Positions 53,341 through 64,000 of a stretch of 64,000 nucleotides of DNA are shown here, piece by piece. Position 1 is the stretch's first letter. Each line of letters starts with the position of its first letter. The position numbers were made by a program, and so were the translations under genes. Under the pieces are notes generated by a model, which did no database searches, was not told the origin of the DNA, and was given only the letters and a program-made list of their open reading frames with translations. Origin of the DNA: Octopus bimaculoides (taxonomy: Eukaryota); the NCBI RefSeq assembly GCF_001194135.2, contig NC_068999.1, positions 298,534 to 362,533 of the forward strand, given 5' to 3'.

Positions 53341-54637
53341 AATGTTCGTATAGATATAGGTTACACACACCCGTGTGTGTGTGTGTGTGTGTGTGCGTGT
53401 GTGCGTGCGTGCGTGCGTGCGATCAGTATGTATATTAGAGTAGTAAAGATTACACGACATGAAGCATTGCCTGATGTAGATAAATGCCTGTTGTAAAGTG
53501 AGTTCCTCCCACTGGTGTGATCTATGACAGCCGTTGTACCAGCTAACAAGTCTTACGTATTTTACGATTTTCGTAAGTTGCACAAGATTTTTGTTTCTTT
53601 TTTTTTTTTGTTTAAACTAATTTTCCACGTGAATTAGTTTCAACTCCTCGTGTGAATTTTTTTTCACACTGTTTAAATTTATTTTTCCTCGTCGCCACAG
53701 TTGCAAAGTGGGTTCCTCCTACTTGTGTGCCTGCCGTTGTCCTGTAGTCGCTGTTTTATGCTAGTAGCCACAGTAGTTACTAGCCATCGGCATAGTAACA
53801 GACTAACACCTTCTGTTTTACTATCACTGATAGCCCCACAAGTCACCGACTAGAACTGTCGACACTCAACTCTTCGACTCTCAATCTTCTCTTGACGACC
53901 GGCTACTGGTCTATCATAATGGCTGGGAGGGGTGCACAGTTTCATTGTACAACAATGGCCTAAAGTTTTTTTTTTTTTCAAAAAGCGAATACAATGCGAG
54001 TTGCAAGAAATAATTGGTATTTAACTTGTATTTCGATATTTCGGGGTTACAACTCGCCCTTTGCAACACACACACACATATATATATATATATGCACATA
54101 TACACACGCACGCACACACAGGCATGAATTAAAATGCTAGGTCATATTAGAAAGATTGAAATTAATAAAAACAATCTGATATAAAGGAAATTAAAATTTT
54201 AATGCACGTAATTTTTCCGAAAGTTGAACAAGAGAAAGATAAACACCTCTCACCCATTTCTTTTCCTTAAATGAAATATGGAGTTTAAATACGAAACAAC
54301 TTTTTTTTATGGAAATAAATCGAGAAAAATAAAACAGAAATCAAACAACATGTAAAAGATTGTACTTTAATAAAAAAACAAAAAAACTTCTTGTATTCCA
54401 CTGCAGTGTAGGAAAAATAAAGATAAGGTAAAACTTAAGACTAAGATCAAACTTAGGGAGTAGAAATTGGTTTGGAACAAGTGTGAAATGTATGACACTG
54501 GGAAATACATATACAGTTTAGCCGCGCGGTTAAGCTGTCCGGTTGTGTAGCGTCACATTTCCGATTTTCTCTTCAATGACGACAACTCAACTAAGTCGAT
54601 CTGATGATGTGCTACAAAAGTGTATGAGGGCGCATGC

Positions 54638-54673
<36 letters not shown>

Positions 54674-54939
54674 CTGTGCATATATTTACTCATTTTGTAA
54701 AGATATATGCAGCCATCAGGGACATCTGGCATTAACTCAAACCTCCTTTCCTTGGCCCACCGTAACACCCAAGAAATGCTGGATTAAGGGAGAAAGGGCT
54801 ACCAACTCTGCATTGATTTTAGTTGACTACATTGGAGATAAATGAAAATAAGTGCATTGCGCATGGACTATGAAAAAACGAAGCCCCACCCCCAAATGAT
54901 CATAGCGTAGAATAAAAAGGAATAATTGGGAAAATATAT

Positions 54940-55359
54940 TGTATATTTGTAGACATAAAGTCAATAATTGCTGAAGCCTTGGGTAACAGTTTCTAGAAGC
55001 GTAGTGTATAATTATATAAGGAAATTGCACAATCATTGAAGGAAATCTTATAAATATTGGAGAAAGAAGAAGAATATTTCAATTATCATTGGTAAATGAC
55101 TGTTTAAACATAAATATTGTTTATAATTCAATAAAAGATATTCGCCATGTCACAAACAACAAATTTATATTAACAACGAAAATGACAAACAAACGCTGAG
55201 TAATAGAAAGGAAAATAGGAAATATGTAAATTATTGTTGTGATTAGAGAAAACTATTTGATACATAATGGAATAACCGTCCTCTAATAAATATATACAAA
55301 GAGCAGCAGAACCAAACTGGTAAGAACCATACAGCGACTTAACATATACAGGAAATCAA
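54940..55359 (+). repeat. Copy 2 of the ~420-bp direct duplication
   Basis: See copy 1. Confidence 0.95.
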
Positions 55360-55441
55360 TTTCTGCATCTGCATAAATATATGCTTGTATGTATTTGTAT
55401 CTACGTACGCATAGATATATACATCCATACAAGCATGCGTA

Positions 55442-55502
<61 letters not shown>

Positions 55503-55982
55503 NNNNNNNNNNNNNNNNNNNNNNNNNNNNNNNNNNNNNNNNNNNNNNNNNNNNNNNNNNNNNNNNNNNNNNNNNNNNNNNNNNNNNNNNNNNNNNNNNN
55601 NNNNNNNNNNNNNNNNNNNNNNNNNNNNNNNNNNNNNNNNNNNNNNNNNNNNNNNNNNNNNNNNNNNNNNNNNNNNNNNNNNNNNNNNNNNNNNNNNNNN
55701 NNNNNNNNNNNNNNNNNNNNNNNNNNNNNNNNNNNNNNNNNNNNNNNNNNNNNNNNNNNNNNNNNNNNNNNNNNNNNNNNNNNNNNNNNNNNNNNNNNNN
55801 NNNNNNNNNNNNNNNNNNNNNNNNNNNNNNNNNNNNNNNNNNNNNNNNNNNNNNNNNNNNNNNNNNNNNNNNNNNNNNNNNNNNNNNNNNNNNNNNNNNN
55901 NNNNNNNNNNNNNNNNNNNNNNNNNNNNNNNNNNNNNNNNNNNNNNNNNNNNNNNNNNNNNNNNNNNNNNNNNNNNNNNNNN

Positions 55983-56095
55983 CTAGGCATCCAAAGAATA
56001 AGTCCTGGGGTCGATTTGCTCGACTAAAGGTGGTGCTCCAGCATGGCCGCAGTCAAATGACTGAAACAAGTAAAAGAGTAAAAGAGTAAAAGAAT

Positions 56096-56096
<1 letters not shown>
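55983..56096 (+). mobile_element. SINE family A 3' end with (AAAAGAGT)n tail; 5' part lost in the gap
   Basis: gaataagtcctggggtcgatttgctcgactaaaggtggtgctccagcatggccgcagtcaaatgactgaaacaagtaaaagag. Confidence 0.85.
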
Positions 56097-56141
<45 letters not shown>

Positions 56142-56219
56142 ACTTACTTTTTATATAGTTGAGGGTTAACAAGGCAACCAATGGTTACAACTAAAAAGAT
56201 TTTCAAAATTCTTCAGGTG

Positions 56220-56800
56220 TGACGCATGGAATTGTTGCAAAAGCAAAAATAAAAGAAAGAAAGATGACGACCAAGAAAAAAGAGAAAGAAGAAGGCAAAG
56301 ACGAAGAAGAAACTGCCACCATTTATAGCTGCAACACCAGTGCAGACCACACAATACTACAACAGAAACCACAACATAACTACGAATGTTATAGACACCA
56401 AACATAGGAAAAGAACCATGAACCCACTCCGACCAACCTGAGCACGAACCTAGCCATACAGCCTCCGATACACAACTCACCTATACTGCACCATCACCAC
56501 CAAGACCACCACTACTTTAGCTAAGCATCACAGCTAACGCTACACCCGTTTCTACTAGGGACAACTCTTTCCTGTACCACAAATAACCCGCGACAAAAAC
56601 CTTCACTACTTACACTACTGCCGAATCTATAAACCTCAGTAGTCTCACCTAAAGCCGTCACCAGCGTCACCGACACCATCACGATGAAAATTAGCAGCAA
56701 CAGCGGCAGCAGCAGCAGCGAAGGCAGTATCATCAACGTCACACACCACCACAAACACCACCACCATCACGATGACCACAACCACCACAACCATCAATGC
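56220..56800. repeat. Degenerate AAG/ACC/CAG trinucleotide-derived low-complexity region
   Basis: Direct inspection. Confidence 0.7.
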
Positions 56801-57018
56801 AATTACCTCCATATAACATATCCAATTCTATTAAGCGAACTATTAGCCAAAAACACAATAAAAGCGCCAACACAAAAACGAAAAACGTAAAAAGCCCAAG
56901 AAAAAATCCGTTTCTGACAATTGACAATACTTTATGGAATACCGTTTTTTTTTTGCTATTGATACGAACACACACATGCACACATCTATATTTATATGTA
57001 CACACATATGTACGTGTG

Positions 57019-57078
<60 letters not shown>

Positions 57079-57566
57079 CGTGTGTCTGTGTGTATACATA
57101 TAGATGTATATTTATATCTGAATGTTTATAGGTATATATGTACATATAATCATACATATACAGGTGCCCACATATACATATATGTGTATATATGTGTGTA
57201 TATATGTGTGTGTGTGTATATGTATGTTTATGTGTATGTATACATACATAACAGTATGCACGCGCGAGTGTGTGCGCGTGATTAGGTGTGTATATATCTA
57301 TTGTATATATATATTCAAACACTCCATTTCTATGTTACGAATTCTTATCTGAAGAAATCTTCTTGAAAAGACCCAATTAAGTTTCCTCTGCGAAAGAAAT
57401 CTACGAGGATGTGTAGAAATCTATCCTCAGGATATCAAAATTACGCGTTTCAATACAATTCTAAAGGCGAATAATTCTTTGAGGGGAAAAAATATAAATC
57501 GAAAATCATTTGTTGCTGAAGTTATTTTTATTTTTTGAAATTCTAATGTCTGTGCTTTAGAGAGAG

Positions 57567-57629
<63 letters not shown>

Positions 57630-58154
57630 CTCTGTTTGTGCATATGTATGTATGAATGTATGTATGTGCGTACGTTGTAAGCATATATGTATGTGTGCTT
57701 ATGAGTGTAGCTGTTCTTTGTGTCCTCTATCAGTATATGGATAATGTACGTGTTTTTGAACGCTTGTTCTGTCCATGTGTGTGTGTTCATTTGTGATAAT
57801 GTTTGTGCTGGGAGCAAGTTTGTGAGGAAGTCTATGTACGTATGTGGTGTGTCTGCGTGTGCGTGCATGTTTGTATGTATGCTAACATAAAACAGTTCAT
57901 TTTTTGCAGTTGTACGTAGACGGGTCTGCACGTGCAGCGGGTGCAAATATAGGTGCGTACTTGCGAGCAACCGGAAATATACAAATATCTACACAGGGAC
58001 ACACAGACACAGAAACACACAAACAAACAAACAAACAAACAAACGTGCAGATACACATATGCACACATTTGTACCATTGAGTGTTTGTGCATATATAGGC
58101 ATATCACAAGAAAGCCACCATCATACACACACACACATAGAGACACACACAGAG

Positions 58155-58187
<33 letters not shown>

Positions 58188-58225
58188 CGTGTGTGTGTGT
58201 GCGTGTGTGCGCACGCGCACTCATA

Positions 58226-58319
58226 TACTCTTACTCGTTTCATTCATTTAACTACGGCCATGCTGGAGCACAGTCTATAGTCGAGCACATCTACCCCAGG
58301 ACTCATTCCCTGCAAGCCT

Positions 58320-58323
<4 letters not shown>
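58226..58323 (-). mobile_element. SINE family A 3' fragment
   Basis: cggccatgctggagcac...gtcgagcac...accccaggact. Confidence 0.75.
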
Positions 58324-58359
<36 letters not shown>

Positions 58360-59604
58360 TACATACACACACACACATTATATATATATTCACACACGCG
58401 CGCACACACACACACACATATTTGTGTACCGTGTTTGTGCGACTGTTTTCTCGTACCTATTTGTCAACTCATATTCCAGTGTCCGGGTTTCGCTCCTAGA
58501 TTTGTTCAGTTCCACGTCCGTCATTATTTGAAGCAGAACTACGAATTATTCACCGATCCGAAAACAACAGTTTCAACTTACATTTAATGATAGTTTTGGT
58601 CCAGTGATTCCCAATGATGCATTCAAACTCCCTTGATTTGCTAACCTACCTAGCAAAGACAAATGAGCAAGCTGCGTGGTCCTTCAATACTCATCTTCCT
58701 TCAGCTACATTTAAAACAAATCCGCACCATAAATGTTGGTCTTTGTGTTTCTGAGAAGGACTTTTAGTATGCTACTATATAATTCACCTGCCTATTCGTC
58801 GATGTTCTTCAGATTCTTATAAATCTTATCAACATTAAATTCCTCATACAGATTCTGTTATATTATATTAATTCTCTTTATTTGTGACTTAAGAAAGGTT
58901 TTTCCTTCTTATTCTTGTCTTCAATCTAATCCTGGACGACCTTACATCTTTACCCAACGATCCAAGACCATTTCCTAGCGCATTCACCAACAACTGTCAT
59001 TCTAGGCTTTGAATCTTTGCGAAATTCATTCAGCTGGAGATTCCTGTGTTTAGCGGAGCGTTTGCAGCGTAATTTGACACAAAGGATCCTTGTGAAGGGA
59101 AGTTATCTTTCCGATTAAGGAGAACAATGGAAAATACGATTTAATTTTCAAAATCGATTGTTGAAAATGGTTGGCGTTAATGAATACCATTTAACAAAGA
59201 AACCCACTTTCTGGCTGACTGCAACTTCAATAATAGTGCCAAGAAATTAACGGAATTAGTCCCTTACAATATTCATCAAAGTTTAAATTAAAATAAAATG
59301 GCAGACAATAGGTTTATAAGATAAGTTAAACTCTTTATTTCATTGTAATGAGAGAAGTTTACTAAGTCTTCACAAAAGCCAAATAGCATTCGACGTTACA
59401 ACATTACGAAGTGTGTGACAGGCTGGAATGTACAAGTTGAATGTTATCGGAAATTTAGTGTTGAAATATTTCAAATGTAGTCACAGATATCTAATTGAGA
59501 AAAGCACCCCGCTCGTTTTACGATAATTAGGATTTGAATACCATATATGTAGTTTTGTATGATTATAATGCACGTATCAAATCTATCTATCTATCTATCT
59601 ATCT

Positions 59605-59641
<37 letters not shown>

Positions 59642-59810
59642 AAGAGAGAGAAAGAAAAGAGGGTGAGTCAATCAATATAATTCTAGTATTTATAGATCGC
59701 TGTATATGTATGGCGGTCAAGCAACCACTTTTGGCGTCCTGCGTACTAATGTGCCTTGATTCTATAGAATCCTTATAACCAAATAATATGAGTGCGTGTA
59801 CGTGTATAAA

Positions 59811-59868
<58 letters not shown>

Positions 59869-60326
59869 AATTTATACAGACACACGCATACGTATACATT
59901 ATTTGGTTATAATATATATGGATTTATAGACACACGCACACATAATTATTTGGCTATAAGAATTCTATAGTATCAAGGCACATCAACACGTAGGACGTCA
60001 GGAGTGGTTGGTAGGAAAATTTAGATATGCAAGTACCAAACCCAGTTTAAACCATGGACCCAGACTTGGGGTTGGTCTTTGGTGTGGCGTAGGTATAAAA
60101 TTAGACAGATACGACATTTAAAATTTACGACTGTTGTTGTTAATGAATTCATAAAAGATTACATCATTGCATGTTACAGTATTAACCATGTCTGTGGTGT
60201 TCGAACGCTACTACAGCTGTAAGCTCTATAACTCTATAACTGAGCGAACCACTACACAGGAGCGATATTACAACACACCAGAGTTTAAATTTCACCTTAC
60301 TCTCAATATTCCGGAGATGGAGATTT

Positions 60327-60363
<37 letters not shown>

Positions 60364-61624
60364 TAGAGAACAAGAGTGAGAGTGAGAGTGAGACAGAAAA
60401 AAGAGCTTGAGTGATGGAGTGGCTATCCGTTTTATGTAATGTAATATCGTTAGCTCCGTCTCCCAAGCCACCATCAACCTATATACACTTGCTAAAATAA
60501 TCTCCAGAAAAAAAAAAAGTCTAATTATGTATTATTACAAAAAATTAATTACCTCCCGTCCTCTAAGATCCGTTATGCACATTTTTTGTGTGTTCAAGGA
60601 ACAGTGTATCCATTATCGATCGACGAGTCGAATATATCAATAATTTATTGATTGAACGCAGTTTAATGACAAAAGATCGTAAAAAAAATGAGGAAACAGA
60701 GACGGAACCGGCAAAATAATTGACTTAAATCGGACGCTTTGTGTACTTTAATGAGAAAATCAATAGAGTGACTGTAATCTATTAAAAACTTATTAAAAGT
60801 TAGAACGATCTATTAATACTAGAACCGTAATAATTTCCAGTCTTACTCTCTTTAGATATCTGTCTATCTACTACACAATATGTTTATTAATCTGTCTATC
60901 AATTTATCAATCTGTCTATCTATCTATCAATCTGGCCAATCGTTCGTCAACTTTTTTAAGTATCACTTGAAAAGGAAGGTGAGAATGGAGAGGCAGGTCT
61001 TGTCTCGTGAAAGTTTCAAAAAAAGGTGGATGAATGTAGCAAAGATAGAGCGTGCGAGCGACGAAACCACTTTGAGCATGACTATTGTTACTGAATATGT
61101 TAGTGTTAGTTAATTTCTAAACGGTTTTGCTGCCGTTTGTTTATGTAGTTTGATTTCTTTATCCATCAGTTTCTACTAAGACAGAGACGCGAGTAAAATT
61201 AATAATAGAGAAACGAAAATAAAACTTTGGAAACAGCAACGCCGCCACAACAACCGAACACAAAAGCATATAGGGACAATAAAAGAAATGGACACGTGGG
61301 GGTTGAAAGCAGAAAACGTATAAACAGCAAAAAAGAAAAAAAAACAGTTAGCAAAAACATCTCATAAAATTCCCCATGCCTAACCAGGGTACCCTACATA
61401 TCCTAGTCACAAGGTTGCCAATGGCACGGCAGCTAGGCAGCCCTCTTCCCCTCAACTGATTCTGCTTTTTTTTTATATACCCAGGACTATTCCCGATTTT
61501 TAGGAGGGGTAGCCACAACAAGACACACATCAAGCATTCCATTCATTTTCCAGCTCAAGGAGATGAGCCCAATTCTATGCTCGTATGTAAATTTGCTTAT
61601 ATACATACATACATACATACATAT

Positions 61625-61655
<31 letters not shown>

Positions 61656-62229
61656 AAAGCAAATTTATATATGCTTATACCTTATGAACTTTTATTCACA
61701 CGTCTATGGTCTACTAGGTAAGAAGAATTTGGACACGTACACGTGCACACTCGCATACATAACTACACAAATGGATATGCATACATGTATATGTGCATGT
61801 GAATGTGTGTATAATGTTATATACATACACATATATAAATGAATTTTGGCATGCATATATTTCTTCTTGGTATTATTGTTAATCTGAAAATCCAAACAGA
61901 TACTTCTCTAGAAAGAGCTCGTGACAGATTCTGTTTCTGGAAACAAAGAATTCCTTTTGACACACGGCAGTTTTGCAAGTTAGCAGCAATCAATCACAGA
62001 CTGAAAGATTCTGTAGACCATTTCTACATGACCAGACATACGAAGGTCCATTAATCATGATCTGATTCTGGAGATGGACAGAAATTTCTATCGATTCAGC
62101 ATTAGTGTCCGAATGTCGTCCAGTCAATAGATTTTCCTACTCCCCCCACCCCGCAACGCATAACCGGCATTCTGCTTTCCACTTCGTCTTTTTCCTTTTC
62201 TTGTGCTCTCGATTTTCTTCATCTTTACC

Positions 62230-62352
62230 ACATTCTGCCATCACTACCACTACTCCCAACACCACCACCACTACTATCTCCACAACAACAATCATTGCCA
62301 CCACAACAATAACAACCACTACCACAACTAATACAACGAGCAGCACCACCAT

Positions 62353-62383
<31 letters not shown>

Positions 62384-62440
62384 GCCGTCTTCTTCCTCAA
62401 TCTTGAATGTCACCACCACTACCACAGCTTCCACTATTTC
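62230..62440. repeat. (ACC)/(ACT)n simple repeat
   Basis: Direct inspection. Confidence 0.85.
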
Positions 62441-62869
62441 TATGTTGTTCATGAAACATCCTCTCTTACTACCATACCCCCCACCAAACACCAACATGAT
62501 ATTAACCCCGGGTTTACCACCCCTACCAATCACAGCCACGATCCTACCATGCTATCATATTAGATCATCACCAATCATATTCCGAACTAGGTCTGATGCT
62601 CTGTCGCCATCAATGTCCATACCAGTACCTATCTAACAAGAGGAACAACTCGAATCTCAAATGTATTATGTCTTAGAGTTTAGGTTATGTATTTCACTAC
62701 ATAATGTTTACCATTCTGCCGGCATATATCTTAAAAATTGTTTATATTTTCAGTATCCATATTATAGTTTCTCTTTATATCCATATTTCTCTTTATATCC
62801 ATATTATAGTTTCTGTTTGGAATAATTTTTCGAGTTTATACTTCAAGCGTTTCGCCCCATCACACAAAA

Positions 62870-63120
62870 CGTCTCCTGAAGGAACGTAGACACCAACTTG
62901 CTCCCATTGACCAACGTCTGGAGAAATTCTTTGGACTCAGGTTTTATACCGAAACAGCTGCTGTCCCAGTCTGTCATCCGGGTTTTCAAACAGAGAAACA
63001 GATCCCTCGCAGTCAACTATCGCCCAATCTCACTCACCTCCTACATCATTAAAGTGTTTGAAAGAGTAGTAAGATCAAGGTTAGTTGACTTCCTGGAGAC
63101 CCACAAACTCCTAAATGCAA
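62870..63120 (+). mobile_element. CR1/L2-group LINE reverse transcriptase N-terminal fragment
   Basis: LLKERRHQLA / LTNVWRNSLDSGFIPKQLLSQSVIRVFKQRNRSLAVNYRPISLTSYIIKVFERVVRSRLVDFLETHKLL contains the NYRPISLTS..IKVFER RT signature. It is truncated at both ends. Confidence 0.9.
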
Positions 63121-63280
63121 ATATATTTTATTATAGCTCTTTTCAGTTTATTTACTTAAATTTTTCTATATGTCACTGGAGTTTCATGGATGAGTTCAGG
63201 AATTGTGATACTTTTCTCTAAATTATATATTTATATATATATACACACACACAAATATATATATATATATATAGATATAT

Positions 63281-63327
<47 letters not shown>

Positions 63328-63352
63328 AATATATACGTATATATACATACAT

Positions 63353-63500
63353 ATACGATGAACCTCTGTTTCCTGCAACCAAACAACCTCACGCAGCATT
63401 GGTCAGTCTGAGGCCATAGTTGAATTTACTTCTCCAAGGTGCCGTGCAGGGGTATAGAAGCGGAAATCATGTTAACTGCAATGCGACCTTGAGAACAACA
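63353..63500 (-). mobile_element. Old SINE family A head
   Basis: ttggtcagtctgaggccatag...ccaaggtgccgtgcagggg is homologous to 3170-3240. Confidence 0.6.
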
Positions 63501-63899
63501 TATCCATGTCTGAGGCTAAATATATGTATATGTGTGTGTGTATGTGCGATGGCGCTCAAGTGTATGCGTTTGTTCGTGTGTGTGTGTGTGTGTGTGTGTA
63601 ATTTTGCACTAGCCAATATATTTTTCGCACTTAACAATAATTCACGAAAACAGCTTGAACATTAACCATACAAATATGAGATGAAGTCGACGGCATAACA
63701 TCCAGTGCCATATTGATTACAGACTCGTCATTTCGTGTATGTCAAACACTTTCACTCACCACCTTAAAATTGTTCGTTTCTATTTGCAGAACACCATTTT
63801 AATTCTAAATAAGTAGCTTATTTGTGTTCTACTCTATCGTGTTCTTAGATGGAATTTCAACTGATGGTATTTACGTCTTCTTTGACACACATATGTATA

Positions 63900-63933
<34 letters not shown>

Positions 63934-64000
63934 CTCACATACATACATATATACTCACATGCATACATATATACTCACATGCATACATATATATATATAT

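Noticed and set aside
14215-56189. Chaining scattered minus-strand GTAAGT/GTGAGT donors (14214, 20909, 26703, 29397, 51754, 56146) and the acceptor near 39644 into one gene, including a VEGF-like HKDCTC ending
   Set aside because: Such hexamers are expected many times by chance in 64 kb, and no phase-consistent chain gave a recognisable protein.
57349-57380. CTGAAGA...GAAA motif
   Set aside because: Only 2 bp of stem II, no GUH site and no stem I.

Overview
AT-rich, microsatellite-saturated animal genomic DNA with nine N-gaps. The SINE families and repeat density suggest a coleoid cephalopod, most likely an Octopus short-read assembly; this is recalled from repeat consensus sequences, not database-verified. 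No protein-coding host gene can be called with confidence. Most ORFs in the track are (CA)n/(TA)n/(ACC)n or N-gap artefacts, and only a few weak exon candidates exist. The window is a dense transposon graveyard. It holds at least four tRNA-derived SINE families, an internally deleted Tc1/mariner element nested in a SINE, the 5' half of a mariner, a ~1.9 kb hAT (Buster/Charlie-type) transposase fossil, and RTE-, R4/Dong- and CR1-type LINE fragments. The most interesting layer is about eleven minimal type I hammerhead-ribozyme-like motifs from several unrelated short repeat families, probably Penelope-like-element derived. Some sit at the centre of fold-back palindromes. Also notable are a near-perfect 175-nt hairpin and a ~420-bp direct duplication that may be a decayed receptor L-domain fragment. 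All motif and protein matches were made by eye.
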